A stretch of 54,687 nucleotides of DNA from Octopus bimaculoides. Its lineage: Eukaryota. The position numbers and the translations under genes are program-made. The notes beneath the pieces are model-generated. The model made no database searches. It was not told the DNA's origin and saw nothing but the letters and a program-made list of their open reading frames with translations. The stretch is taken from positions 8,529,341 through 8,584,027 of the forward strand of contig NC_068984.1 of assembly GCF_001194135.2 (NCBI RefSeq). The letters are read 5' to 3'. Below are positions 37,945-51,091 of the stretch, piece after piece (the first letter of the stretch is position 1; each line of letters opens with the position of its first letter).

Positions 37945-38471
37945 TTCAGTAGCTTTATATTTATAACGTGCTTTCACTTCACNNNNNNNNNNNNNNNNNN
38001 NNNNNNNNNNNNNNNNNNNNNNNNNNNNNNNNNNNNNNNNNNNNNNNNNNNNNNNNNNNNNNNNNNNNNNNNNNNNNNNNNNNNNNNNNNNNNNNNNNNN
38101 NNNNNNNNNNNNNNNNNNNNNNNNNNNNNNNNNNNNNNNNNNNNNNNNNNNNNNNNNNNNNNNNNNNNNNNNNNNNNNNNNNNNNNNNNNNNNNNNNNNN
38201 NNNNNNNNNNNNNNNNNNNNNGTTGTCATCTGCTGGTCTTGATACATCAATTAGAAAGCATTTTTTTTCCTTCATGATCTCTGACAACTATATCTGGTCT
38301 ATTTTCCTTAATTTCTCTATCTGTGTGTATTGGCATATCCCATAGTATGGTTGCTTTCTCGTTTTCTGTGACCTTTTCTGGCGTGTGTTTATAGCATCTA
38401 TTTTCTGTTGTTATTCCATAGTGTTGGCATAGCTTCCAGTGTATATAGGTCCCAGATCTGTCGTGTCTGTG
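37944..38471 (-). mobile_element. R4/Dong-clade non-LTR element, 5'-truncated (RLE domain plus 3' end), embedded in (AAT)n
   Basis: RHDRSGTYIHWKLCQHYG...HTPEKVTENEKATILWDMPIHTDREIKENRPDIVVRD / KKCFLIDVSRPADDN is the RHD...PD..(D/E) restriction-like endonuclease signature. 3' end gtgaagtgaaagcacg...actgaagAATAATAAT; internal N gap. Confidence 0.92.
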
Positions 38472-38542
<71 letters not shown>

Positions 38543-38559
38543 CATTATTATTATCTAAT

Positions 38560-38668
38560 TCATTATTAAGCAGTCTTATTCTTATCACGTGCTTTCACTT
38601 CACTACCGAGCGCAGCTGTGTGTCTTGGGTATGTGTCGTGGTTTGCTGTGATGCTCTTATTTTCACCG
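38560..38668 (-). mobile_element. Second, very short 3' fragment of the same Dong-like family
   Basis: Shares acgtgctttcacttcac (38587-38603) with 37966-37982; followed on the minus strand by (AAT)n. Confidence 0.85.
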
Positions 38669-38709
38669 TATTCGTTATTATTGTTGTTGTTGTTGATGTT
38701 ATTGTTATT

Positions 38710-38740
<31 letters not shown>

Positions 38741-39560
38741 ATGTTATTGTTATTATTAGTTTACTTGTCATAGTCTATTTGTCACACATTCTGTAACCTC
38801 TTGAATTACTATCTGTTTTTCTCTTATCTCCTCTTCTCTATGATCTTGCCCTGTCTATTTCCGTCTTGTCATTCTGTGTAGTAACACTTTAATGTATCAG
38901 GAGGCTAAAGATAGATATTACGAAAGGTCAAATACAGTAAGACATTGTATGAAACACACTGTCTCCTACCATAGTTATACGTAGACCCAAGACTGGTGAA
39001 GAAACCCAGGTAGACGAGAGGTGAGCAGAAGGTGTTTAGGTAGAGCGTTTTATGAGTCAATGAATCGGATTCGCCACACACCCCTTTTGAGTCACGTTGC
39101 TTTTTACCTGAGGTGTTTGAGTATGGTTACACTTGTCTATAGATCAATAACTCTATCGTAAATTTGATCTGGAAACTAGAATACTTATCCTCAATACCAG
39201 AATGTAATGAACCATTTTGCTGCATTAATCCTTCATGCACAGAAAAACAATCCAATGCTTCAGCTTTGATTATTGGATTAACAGGATTTGAATAACATCC
39301 CACTTCCAAAATCATACAGGTGGAAAGAGTTAGCAAGTACTGCAGCAATGGACTTCAAAAGAACCGACTTTCGCAAACAATGAATTAGGAAAGCTGACTT
39401 CTACGAGAGCAACTGAAGCAATAAAATATTATACAATACAGAAAGGTTGCGGAGGATATATTAACTTCGAGTGTATATCTTGATCAATCTCTCTAGAAAC
39501 AATATGATAAATGGTGAGCCAATGTTAGGTTCTCTACGCAGTTATACCACAAATCCCCAT

Positions 39561-39720
39561 AGGCGCAGGCGTGGCTGTGAGGTAAGAGGTTGGCTTCCCA
39601 ACCACATGGGTCTGGGCTCAGTCCCACTGTGCGGCATCTTGGGCAAGTGTCATCTACCATAACCTTGGGCAAGGCCTTGCATGCGGATTGGTAAACGGAA
39701 ACCGAAAGAAAACCGTCGTA
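39561..39720 (+). mobile_element. SINE family 2, 5' half
   Basis: aggcgcaggcgtggctgtgaggtaag...atcttgggcaagtgtcatctac. Confidence 0.9.
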
Positions 39721-39814
39721 TATATATATCCTTCCATATGTGTGTACATATATATGTATATATGTGTGTATATGTATGTATGCATGCATGTATGTATGCA
39801 TACATGTATGTATG

Positions 39815-40790
39815 TCATTATTCATTTATTTCAAGATTTCTTACAAATAGAGAAAGAACCGGTTTCAAACCTTGATCCAAGGTTCCTTCATTGGAATTTC
39901 AACATGAACAACAGGATATTTTTGTATGTATGTATATATGTATGTATGTATGTACGTATGTATGTACGCATGTATGGTTGTATGTATGTATGTCTATGTG
40001 CAGATTTGTATGTTTTTATTTTATATATGTATTCTAATGCATATAGTTGCATATCTAGACATGCTCATACATATTTAAATGATAAAACTCTGGAATGTTT
40101 TACAGACTTTTACAGTTCCAGTGATGGCTTGGATTTGTAGTCTTCGAAATTGTTTTGTCCTTTCTTGTTTTGAGAAGCCTAATTTTTCAAGATTTGTATT
40201 TAGGCAGTGTATTACATATCCCAGGGCCCCAATACTCACAGGTATAAAACTAAACTTGTAATCTGGATAGAGTAACTGCAGATTTCTCAATAGTTCAGCA
40301 TATGTTTTCTCGTTTTCACTGATCGTCAGCTTTATGTGAAATCTGCAGGGCAGTTAATTCCCACAACTGTGCATAGCTTCTCTTCTCCATCCCAAATCCT
40401 CCTATCAGGTCTGTTGTGCTTACATTTTATTCAGGTTTTCACTGGTACATTCCACCAGTATTCCTTTTTATTATTGGTGGCTACGGCTTCCACCATATTG
40501 TGGATTTTTTTGTTTTTTTTTATGTCATTGGGATTATCCTTCCAACGGATTTCATTATAGAGCGCTCTAGCTACAACGTCATGTCTCATCGGTAGATAAT
40601 ACCGTAATGACATTTTCGGAGAACTGCTTATAATGTGGGTGAGATCTTCAGTGTGAACTCCACAAAGTCTGCATCGTTTGTCACATTTTACTGCTTTTCC
40701 CGGAGACGAAGAAGCCACTTGCCATCCTGAAGATGAGGCTGGTTGATAGATCTTGTGAAATTTCACGTTCCAGACGAAATATAGGGGCTG
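39815..40790 (-). mobile_element. Second R4-like RLE non-LTR family, 3' fragment with 3' UTR ending at a (CATA)n tract
   Basis: CDKRCRLCGVHTEDLTHIISSSPKMSLRYYLPMRHDVVARALY (eroded CCHC plus RHD), EYWWNVPVKT, HNRPD, ELLRNLQLLYPDYKFSFIPVSIGALG, GTVKVCKTFQSFII*. Confidence 0.9.
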
Positions 40791-41129
40791 ATATGCAGAT
40801 ATGAAAAGCCTTTAATAAAACGGGTCAAATTAAAACATAGCCTCTTCCCACATACACAGCCTTACATACATATATATATATATATATATAGACACAAATA
40901 CACAGATACATACACACGCAACGCACATGCAGTAATATAAGATTTGCAAACTGTATATAAATACATTGTGCTGTAAACGGCACAACGCGTAGAGAAGGAT
41001 ACTCAATATATTTGTTGTATGAAAGAGTACCAGTCTACTCTGACCTTCACCCTTCCTTTGATACCTGTCTTTTTATCTACTTATCTATCTCTTTCTCTCT
41101 CTCTGTTTCTGTCTGTCTGTCTGTCTCTC

Positions 41130-41200
<71 letters not shown>

Positions 41201-42304
41201 GTCGATCTATCTATCTATCACTATATAGAGAGACAGACAACGACAGAGACACAGACAGACAGAGATGGAGAGATAAAGGGATACTTACTTACGCATCTAT
41301 ATAATAAAATATTCCCTGAAAATGATATTGAGAACGTACTAAATGGAGGTAACCACTTCCCAGTTTTCATTCATCTACTGTACATTAAGTTTAATCGATG
41401 ATAACTGAACTAATATATGTATTTGGTGAGACTACGAAATCAAATCTCCAGCAATAAACTGCTACTGTGAGCTATTTCTACTGATTTATTATCAAGTTTT
41501 TTTTTTTACAACATTAATAATTCGAATACAGTGCATATATCTTACTTGTTAAGAATATATCAACAACACAATTCTGAAAGAACGATAAAGACTATTTCCA
41601 TTTATATGTTTGTAGCTTTGAATTAGCACACAAAATGGCTTCCAATAATACTTTCGTGATCAACACTAGCATTTCTTTCCTAAAATCCTAAATATTTTCG
41701 ATGCGATACAGTATAATATTGCATAAAATGTAATCAATAACATAAATAAGCTAGTGTTTGGGGGAACTCTTGCGGACTAACATACTCCCCAAGTTTTGTA
41801 TGTTATTAAAACCGAATTATTGTTATACTGTGCTGGAGGATATGGGTATGCAAATTAAATTATATTATAAATTATTTATTGTTGTAAACGCGAATCCCTA
41901 TACGCTAGGTTTGAGAGAGACTGAATATATATTGGTACAGTTTCTAAGGAAATGACTGTGAGCTAAATAACATAATATATGAAGTTTATATCCCCCCAGT
42001 CAACTAGAAGCAGAAAACAATAAATAAAATTATATTCTATACCTTAATATGGCGCCTCACTCTGATACGCTGACAAACAAAATACTACGCTATTCTGAAT
42101 GTTTCTTCAAGTCTACGCTGACTGTGCCGTTAAGAAATACATTGGTAAATGGCACGACTGTGAAGTTTAGAAATTGGGTCCGAAAATATATGATTTTTTG
42201 GTTTTATAGCACTGCTACGCATCTTGGCTTTGGTTAGTCAAACCAGTTGGCTTTGGTTAGCCCACTAGACTGTTTGGAGTCGCGTTTAGTAGATATATTA
42301 TTTA

Positions 42305-42546
42305 TTTATGCGCCCTTTTAAAGCCGGGGCGCCAGTCCATCGCGGCTTTACTCAAGAAACAGGAAGAAAGAGTAAGAGAAAGTTGGGGCGAAAGAGTACA
42401 ACAGGGGTCACCACCACCCCCTGCCGAAGCCTCGTGGGGTCTTAGGTGTTTTCGCTCAACAAACACCAACGCCTGGTCTGGGAATCGAAACCGCGATCCT
42501 CCGACCGCGAGTTCACTGCCCTAACCACTGGGCCATTGCGCCTCCA
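42305..42546 (-). mobile_element. SINE family 4 with complete tRNA-like head
   Basis: Reverse: gaggcgcaatggcccagtggttagggcagtgaactcgcggtcggaggatcgcggtttcgattcccagacc (A box TGGCCCAGTGG, B box GTTTCGATTCC). Confidence 0.92.
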
Positions 42547-42654
42547 CTTAGTAGATATAACCAATGTTTCAGTTCATCCAAGATATCTTTGCCCTTCATG
42601 GATAGTAAATCTGATTTACCGCTTGGTTTAATATTACCTTCTATTTCATTATCT

Positions 42655-42975
42655 GAAGGCGCGTGGCTCAGTGGTTAGGGCATTCGGCTTACGATCGTAA
42701 AGTCGTGAGTTCAATTCCCGGCGACGCGTTGTATCCTTGAACAAGACACTTTATTTCACGTTGCTCCAGTCCACTCAGCTGGCAAAACTTAGTACTACCT
42801 GGATTTCAAAGGGCCAGCCTTGTTACACTCTGTGTCACGCCAAATCTCCTCCGAGAACTACGTTAAGGGTACACGTATCTGTGGAGTGCTCAGCCACTTG
42901 CACGTTAATTTCACGAGCAAGCACTTCGTTGATCGGTTCAACTGGAACCCTCGTCGTCGTAACCGACGGAGTGCT
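42655..42975 (+). mobile_element. SINE family 3, full length
   Basis: ggcgcgtggctcagtggttagggcattcggcttacgatcgtaaagtcgtgagttcaattcccggc (A box TGGCTCAGTGG, B box GTTCAATTC) followed by a non-tRNA body. Confidence 0.92.
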
Positions 42976-43189
42976 CCTCGTATTTCATTAGTAACAAAAG
43001 GTAATAGCAAGCATTCCAGTCGAGAGTCTCGACCAGTGGTTCAGAACCGGGGCCTATATGACCCTGGGCTGTACATATCAGATTATGTTCTTTAAATGTA
43101 TGTGCCATAAACTGTTTATATTTCAACGATAAAGAAAATATTCAAATATTGCTTCTTGTTTTTTTCTTTTTTTTATAAAATTCCTAAAA

Positions 43190-43260
43190 CAGTAATGCGT
43201 CGACTATCGCGGGTGTTACGTTCCAAAACCTCCCGTGATATGTGAAATTCGGCGAAGTAG
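43190..43260 (+). mobile_element. pogo/Tigger-like MITE terminus
   Basis: cagtaatgcgtcgactatcgcgggtgttacgttcc...: CAGT start and tatcgcgg subterminal motif; interrupted by a SINE family 2 piece. Confidence 0.4.
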
Positions 43261-44580
43261 ACTGAACCCGGAACCATGTGGTTGGTACGTAAGTTACTTA
43301 CCACACAGCCACTCATATGTATACACACATACAATGGGTTTCTTTCAGTTTCCGGCTACCAGATCTGCTCACAAGTATTTGATCAGGCTGGGGCTATAGT
43401 AGACGACATGTACCAAAGTTGCCACGCAGTGGAACTGAATCTAGAATCACGTGGTTCTGAAGCAAACTTACCACACAACCACGCATGCGTCTATATATTT
43501 CAACAGGACAATTGGTTCTGTTTGTGGGATTGAAACCGTTATATTTTCCTTATGGAAGAACTATCTGAGCCAATATGAAAGCACACAATATTTATAAGCA
43601 TTCATCCTGTCTTTTGTTTCTTAATAGTGTTTTCTATTGAGATGCAGTAGATTTATGACAGTGACCAGGTCACGGAAGTACGACAACAATGCTTTGAATA
43701 TTTCATAGCAAACAAAACAAAAATAATAAATAAAGAGTACAGTGTTTATATGTTCTTAAATTAATACAATGACTTTTCAACGTAGTTTGTTAAAGTAAAA
43801 ATATTATCGTGGTACTTGTGAATGTTGATTGAAATACACTAAGCATCAATGTTGTTAAGATCTCCGGTAAAATATAAATGTGCTTGTTACTCGCAAAGAA
43901 TGTTTAGTTCATTATTTGTTCTCTAATTTTGTTATTAGACAACTCATTATTTCCATCTTGAGTTATTTAGTACTTTCTCTTAACAGTTCATTACTTTCGG
44001 CCAAAGTAATTATTACAACTATACCTAATCGCTACAATGAAATTGTTTAGTCTCTCCGCTACTTCACTTTTTTGTCATTTTTTTTTTGTTTCATTTTGCT
44101 TTGATGCTTGTTTCAAATTCTCTTTGCATAGTTTTGGATTTTCTTCCTGTTTTCCAATGATCTTTACGAGTTGTTTGTTTCTATTCTTATTTTATTTCTA
44201 AACTTGCTTCATTGTGAATATTCAATAGATGTTAAACAAATAAACAGAACTTTACTTAAAGAACTACTACACATTCATTTCCTTTTCTTATACAATAATT
44301 TAAAGACTTGATTAAAACATCTATAAACAGACCCGGCTATTTTTATTTTCTAAAATGAGAACAAATAAAATTTAAATAAGTTATGCAGTATTTCTATATA
44401 TTCCACTGTATATTTCGGTTTTGTTTCTCCATTTTTTCTTACTTTCAACGGATTTCATTTCCCTTTGTCTCTCTCTTTCATTTTTCAAACTCCTTTCTCT
44501 CTCTTCTAATTATGACAATTAAATGAACTTGATACTATTTTTCCCTTTACTTCAAAAGACTCGTTCGCTGCCTAAATATA

Positions 44581-44720
44581 CAGTCATCACTCTCCATAGC
44601 GCGCTTCACCTATCACGCACTCAGTACATCGCGGATTTTTCTGGCTGATATATGTGAATTTCTATCATGTACCCCTCAGTATATCGCGGGTTTCTGCGAC
44701 CGATAGGTATGTAAACCTTT
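44581..44720 (+). mobile_element. pogo/Tigger-like MITE terminus
   Basis: TA|cagtcatcactc.. with repeated ctcagta.atcgcgg subterminal motifs; the TA flank is consistent with a Tc1/mariner/pogo target site. Confidence 0.45.
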
Positions 44721-45451
44721 TTTTTTTTTAGAGATTTTAATTCTTTGTGACAAAATTAGCAATTTCATGCCTACAAATTAATAAATGAAAATACAGAACA
44801 GTAGTGCACCTTATAATATATTAATTAAAAGAAAATATGCAATGTATCGTAGATGAGGAAGCAAAGAATCGTACATACTGTATGGTAAACGGAGGCGAGT
44901 GTGTGATGTTGTTTTGCGTTTATAATAAAATATATACAAATTATGAAAAAAAATATAGTACAGCCTAACCATTAGTCCACGCGCCTTCACAATAACTCAC
45001 ATACTTCTCATTATTAAGAAAATTGCATATTTAATATAACGTAATAACTTTTTCAATTTTTGTCACTGAGGTGCAGTGAGTCTCCGTGGTTGACGAGGAG
45101 GATTCAAGCGTTCGATTAACTCAATTACCTGCTCCGGAATTAATGAGTAATTCGTTAAGCATTACAGAGTCACGTATCGTTAATCCATTTTTCAGGTAGA
45201 ATCAGTGTCACGCATTTTTTGCGACAAGGTTGTGCCTTTTGAATTGGCGATACAATCCAAACGCAGAGCTTCATAGCAGTTTCCTAATTTTAGTCATAAG
45301 GTATGGGTTGACCCAAGGCTATAGAAAACACCATTTACTCAAGATGACAAATAGCTGGACTGAACCCAGAAACTTGTACTTGCGAAGCGAATCTCTTAAT
45401 TCTTCAATGATACTGCGTGTACCTGCTTTAGTATGTCTTTCGTATACTCTC

Positions 45452-45654
45452 TTTTACTCTTTTACTTGTTTCAGTCATTTGACTGCGGCCATGCTGAAGC
45501 ATTGCATTTAGTCGAGCAATTCGACCCCAGAACTTATTCGTTGGAAGCCTAGCACTTATTCTATCGGTCCCTTTTGCCGAACCGCTAAGTTACGGGGACG
45601 TAAACACAGCAGCATCGGTTGTCAAGCGATGTTGGGGGGACAAACACAGACACA

Positions 45655-45694
<40 letters not shown>

Positions 45695-45773
45695 NNNNNN
45701 NNNNNNNNNNNNNNNNNNNNNNNNNNNNNNNNNNNNNNNNNNNNNNNNNNNNNNNNNNNNNNNNNNNNNNNNN

Positions 45774-45806
<33 letters not shown>

Positions 45807-45968
45807 TACGACGGGCTTCTTTCAGTTTCCGTCTACCAAATCCACTCACAAGGCTTTGGTCGGCCCGAGGCTATAGTAGAAGACACTTCCCAGGGTGCCA
45901 CACAGTCGGACTGAAGCCGGAACCATGTGGTTCGTAACCAAGCTACTTACCACACAGCCTTTCCTTCG
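45452..45968 (-). mobile_element. SINE family 2, full length, with N gap inside its internal microsatellite
   Basis: 3' half 45452-45660 and 5' half 45785-45968 flank (CA)n-gap-(TA)n. Confidence 0.92.
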
Positions 45969-46264
45969 CCTAATAACTACTTTTGGACGATTTGATAAAT
46001 ACGCGTTCTTAGTATTTCTTCATTGACAAAACGATTTCAATTGCGTGTTGAACCGGTTTAGCTTTCAGGGACATCAGAGCGGCGGAAAACTGTGTCAAAT
46101 GGTACGAGTCCATTCCATACCTAGTTTTTAATATAAAACTTCTGAACCTATTCTCGTTGTGTATATTGAGTAATTTACTGGAAGGCGTATAAGAATGAAA
46201 TCAGATTTAAACTCATGATGATTTCTGTGATGGTAAATGGATGTGGAACAATTTTAATGCTGAT

Positions 46265-46975
46265 ATATTAAGCGGCCTTATGCTTAGCGGCGTTTCGTCT
46301 GTCTTCACATTCTTAGTTCAAATTCCGCTGAGGTTCACTTTCGGGATCGATAAAAAGAGTACCAGTTTATCACTGAGGTCGATGTAGCCTACTTATCCCC
46401 CTCTCCCCTGAACGTGCTGGCCCTGTGCCGAAATTTGAAATCAGTATATGATGCCACCTTAAGGCGGCGAGCTAGCCGAATCGTGAGCATGCTGGACAAA
46501 TTGCTTAGTGACATTTCGTCCGTCATTGCGTTCTGAGTTCAAATTCCGCCGAGGTCAACTTTGCTTTGCATCCTGTCGATACCGATAAAATAAGTGCCAG
46601 TTGATCACTAGGGTTGATTTAATCGACATAAACCCTTCCCCGGAATTGCTGGCATAACGTCAACATTTGAAAGCAATACATTATGCAAAGTTATGCATCA
46701 TATTGTCGCAGTTAAACATCTTCGCATACTTTATTAAATTCCATAATTTACAAATAGTAAGGTAGTGAGGTGGTAGAATGAGTTGCGCGTACGACAAAAT
46801 GAAAAGCATCATTTATTCCGGCTTTTTACGTTTAAATCTAGCCCAGGTCGCATTTGTTTGTCATCCCTTGGGAATCGATAAACAATAAAGTAAGCGCCAG
46901 TTAAGCAAAGGGGTCGATGTAATCGACTTGAGCCACTTATCAAGATAGCTGGCCTTGTGCCAAAATGAGAACCAA
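46265..46975 (+). mobile_element. Three degenerate SINE family 1 copies in the same orientation
   Basis: gttcaaattccgc near 46318 and 46537; aaggcggcgagct head at 46461; ggggtcgatgtaatcgac at about 46910; gctggcc.tgtgcc tails. Confidence 0.85.
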
Positions 46976-48579
46976 TAATTAGCTAATAATAATATTTCCA
47001 GATCAACCCAGTATTCTCAACGGTTTCTAGCTTTGTCTCAGATAAAATAACAAAGCATTAACATAATTAATCTTGTTGAGTAATGACAAAAATTAGAAAA
47101 AAAATACGTTATCCTTATTACTGCGCCACTATGTTCCGAGCAGAACTCTATGAGAGGGATATTTCACAGCGGTGAAGTGATTTTAATTAATTTGGTTTTT
47201 AGAAATAAATTCTGTTCTATCTTTGGAATGTATAGCAACCTGGAGTCAAATTGTGCTCTGCTTCTGCATAACTTTGTTTCGATATAATGCTGACAGTTGT
47301 ATAGCAGTTCGGAAGTTTGCACAAACCATTAACTTTTTTATGCTTCAGAAAAAAACTGACTATTCAGCGCGTATATGTAATATACTAATATTTCTCGTTT
47401 TTTTTATATTTTATTTTACAGCATATAATGTAATCAATTGAAGAGAAGAAGCATCCATCGGTTTGTGACTGTGCAGCAGAGCAGAGTAGATAAAAAGAAA
47501 AAAGCCGATTAGGAACACATGTTGGAAGAAGTAAAGAACATGTTTATAAAATCTCCGATTGAAAGTGATAAATCCGCTTCGTATATGTATTAGCTCAGCT
47601 AAAAAAGCAAAACGGCTTTGTGTAATATACAACCTCTCCGTCAATATTTATAGTATGAATGACGTTTTGATTGTAAAAGAATATTTTATTAAGCGCTTAG
47701 AATAAAAGCAGAGAAAGAAAAAACATATTTGCATCGTTCGTTGTGCTGTTAATCTGGTAAGATGTATTGGTTCTGTTAGAAAATGTAATAATTATACACG
47801 TGTACAAGCAATCACATTAACATCTGTTGTCATTTTGATCGACAGAGAATAAATAAATATCGAAAAACTGAATAAAGAATACGAAACTTTCCCTCGATTT
47901 ACCAATTAATAATGCCTAACAGCATGCTTAACCAAGTGTAGAAAATTAGTTTTATATTCAGGAATAATTCTATAGAAGCTTGTTGAATATTTCGTTCTCG
48001 CTACAATAGCTACAACATTCTGGTGTTACTTCAGAATACAGTAACATTGATCAGACCTCGGCTTTATTATGCATAGATAGTAAAAATAATAATATACAAT
48101 CACTGCAAACTGTATTCTGAAGAAAGTATCCGTTATTTGTTATGATTTTACAGGCCATTATTCTCAGCTCAATAGACCTACAGTGTTTTAAACCTCAATA
48201 CAGTCTAGAAATATTCTGTTTTATTTCGTGTTCATTTTATTGAGACAAAACAGCATTTCTATTTAAATGATAACAGCGTTCACTTTTGTTATGTATGAAG
48301 TATTTTTTTAACGGGGTTCTCCTTCAGGGAATATGTTTATAATATTTTAGAATCCGGTTTCTCGGTTGAGTAAAAGTATATTTAGCAGGCATAAGACATA
48401 GAAATGTGATCATAGTTAAAAAAGCTATAGGAATTAAGATTCACAAAAGAAAAAGAAAAAAAGAACAAACTTCTCGCTGCTCGGAGAAGCCGTGGAAGAG
48501 TTTGACCAGTACAACTGCTGAGAGAAGTCAAAGATCCAGGTAGCAGATGCTTCTAAGTCGACAGAATGAGAAAGATAAG

Positions 48580-48580
<1 letters not shown>

Positions 48581-48657
<77 letters not shown>

Positions 48658-48736
48658 TAGAGATAGATAGATAGATAGATAGATAGATAGGTAGATAGAT
48701 AAAGAGATAGATAGATAGATAGATAGATAGATAAAG

Positions 48737-48786
<50 letters not shown>
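48581..48786. repeat. (GATA)n array, about 205 bp
   Basis: Direct reading. Confidence 0.98.
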
Positions 48787-48787
<1 letters not shown>

Positions 48788-49635
48788 GGGAGAGATTGTA
48801 TTGTCATTTTCGCAGTATCTACCCTCTTTACTAATGTTTGCTGACGTCAGGCATTCCCTAGTTTCTTCAGTTTCTGGCCAATATCCTTAATGTCCAGTTG
48901 ACTTGCATGCGAATAAAAGCTTGCTCTGTTATTTCGACTACAAGGTCTGCAATATAACATCACCATCTCAAATCAATAAATAAGCAGATAATTTCTGTTT
49001 TAGTTCTATCATTAGTCTTCTATATTGATTCCGATATACAACACTGCACGATGGCAATAAAACAGGATTATATTTTCCAATGGCACCAATTTACAATTAG
49101 CAGAATTAAGTCGAAATCCTCATTGAAAGTTAAGTGATTTCTGGTTTGTTTGTTTTGTTTTGTTTTGCTTTTTGTTTTGTTTTTAAATGCACTGAAGTCA
49201 TAAAGTTCATGCGATTTCAAACCTTTTCTTTAATCCATTTTAAGTTGCCGACTCAGATAACGAACAAAATAAAAAACAAAAAAAACTATTAGTGAATGTC
49301 ATATCCCTTATTTAAAGTACATAAAATTTGTTTCAAACAAGTTTATGAAAATTTAAAGAAACAAACGTAAGATCGTACATACGGAAATAATCCAGTCATG
49401 ACACATACATCAATAAAAGCTCGTTAAAGATGGGTTTACAAGATATGTTATGTGATGACTTTAGGTTAGGTGAATTGCAATGGCAGGGAGTACACGCGTT
49501 TTTATAGCATTAATTGTAAAGAAAACGGAAACGATTCAGTTGTGAACGAAATACACATCACTGATTTCAGATCGTAGAAAGTGCGATTATTCAAAAGACA
49601 AAAACTTTTGATAAAATCCTAATTGTTACATTTTT

Positions 49636-49810
49636 TATTCGTTTCAGTCATTTTAGTGTGGCCATACTGGGGCACAACTTTGAGGAGTTTTTAGTTGAAT
49701 GTATCAACACCATTACATTTTTAGGTATGGTACTTCTTCTATCGGTTTCTTGCCGAACCGTTAGATTATGGGCACGTAACCACCCCGATACTGGTTATGG
49801 GACAAACAGA
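49636..49810 (-). mobile_element. SINE family 2, degenerate 3' half
   Basis: tttcagtcattt...gtggccatactgg...ctatcggtttcttgccgaaccgtta...ggacaaacagacac. Confidence 0.7.
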
Positions 49811-49915
49811 CACAACACTCATACTCATATACACACACTCATATATATACATTATTCATATACACACATACACCCCACATATATACACACCACATACATA
49901 CACACACATAAACAC

Positions 49916-49916
<1 letters not shown>

Positions 49917-49996
<80 letters not shown>
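49917..49996. repeat. (TG)40 microsatellite
   Basis: Direct reading. Confidence 0.98.
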
Positions 49997-50001
<5 letters not shown>

Positions 50002-51001
50002 GTATGTGTGTGTCCTACCAATTGGATCGCCTTGAAGAATCGGTCTTGCGAAATCAAACGAAATGACTACTATTCCCTTCAAACTTTACTTTTCTGACCT
50101 GGACATCAATGTTCTTTAAATGACCTATTTGCTATTATTTTTCAGACAGATTCAGTACTGAGCTGCATTGACTGAGCACTGAGTTGCATTGAGCAGACAT
50201 ATCTGCTCAATACCACAGATTTCCTTGTCAGTCACTTGACCTTAACCACTTGAACATGTCCCCTATTGGCTGACAATATGTGCATCTCTGATCATGAGTA
50301 GGAGCTGTGGGAGAGCAAGATAGCTATGTGTTGAAAGGGATTCTTTGGGGGTTCAATAAATGTAACAAAGCCAAAATTTGAAGGAAATATTAGCTACTTT
50401 TCATACTTCCTAGGGGTAAGCAATTAAGAAATAACAGTTACTACCCAAGGAAAAAATCGAGTTACATTGTAATTATGGTTCGCCATTGTCGTTGCTTACT
50501 TAGAAGTCACTGTGTTTTTCGCTTCTTTTAAAACAGTAATGTATCATTTAAGGTCCATTGCTTTCTATCGTGTTGTTCAAACCCATCAACATCTTATTGA
50601 GAGGTTGCAGGTCTTACCGAAAGACCTGCAAATGATCTATGTGCCACGCTTTCGCGGTCCGTATTCGTACTGAAAATCGAGATCGAGCGAGCTTTTGCCC
50701 TTTTGCTCGGCGTGTGGTTTCCATTGATGTTTAGAGTTCTTTTTGGTTTTGTGCAGTAAATTGTAGGAACTAAACTCGTTAATAACATTTCTTGTAAGAA
50801 AACTTGCATTGTGAGAACAAAATGTTGTCTCGTTTCGGCCGATATAAGAATGGAAATGAGAGGGGAGAAGTGGGAGAAAATGTTGTATAATTGTAGATAT
50901 GGTTACAATTAGTTGAAGGAGTGCCAGGATTGCTGGCACTGTGTACCTCTCAATTACACTATAAAATCCTACGCTCTTCACACTTTCTCACACATTCTTT
51001 A

Positions 51002-51091
51002 AGAGTAATAGCAGTTGTGTGTATAAGAGTATTAATATTTGTTTAATTACTGGAATATTAATACTCTTATACACACAGCTGCTATTACTCT
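51002..51091. repeat. 38 bp inverted repeat with 14 nt loop at the 5' junction of the RT fragment
   Basis: 51002-51039 versus 51054-51091: 37 of 38 complementary; the one difference is a U-G pair. Confidence 0.96.

Noticed and set aside
40610-40655. CTGAAGA...GAAA on the minus strand
   Set aside because: It lies inside the RLE coding frame with no helices; this is the expected chance match.
42480-42720. tRNA genes
   Set aside because: A and B boxes are present, but the 3' acceptor stem is replaced by SINE body sequence.
50188-50631. Small perfect hairpins attgagcaga/tctgctcaat (50188-50211) and ttgcaggtctt/aagacctgcaa (50605-50631)
   Set aside because: 10-11 bp stems, probably internal to repeat fragments, with no independent support for function; bacterial-style terminators are irrelevant here.
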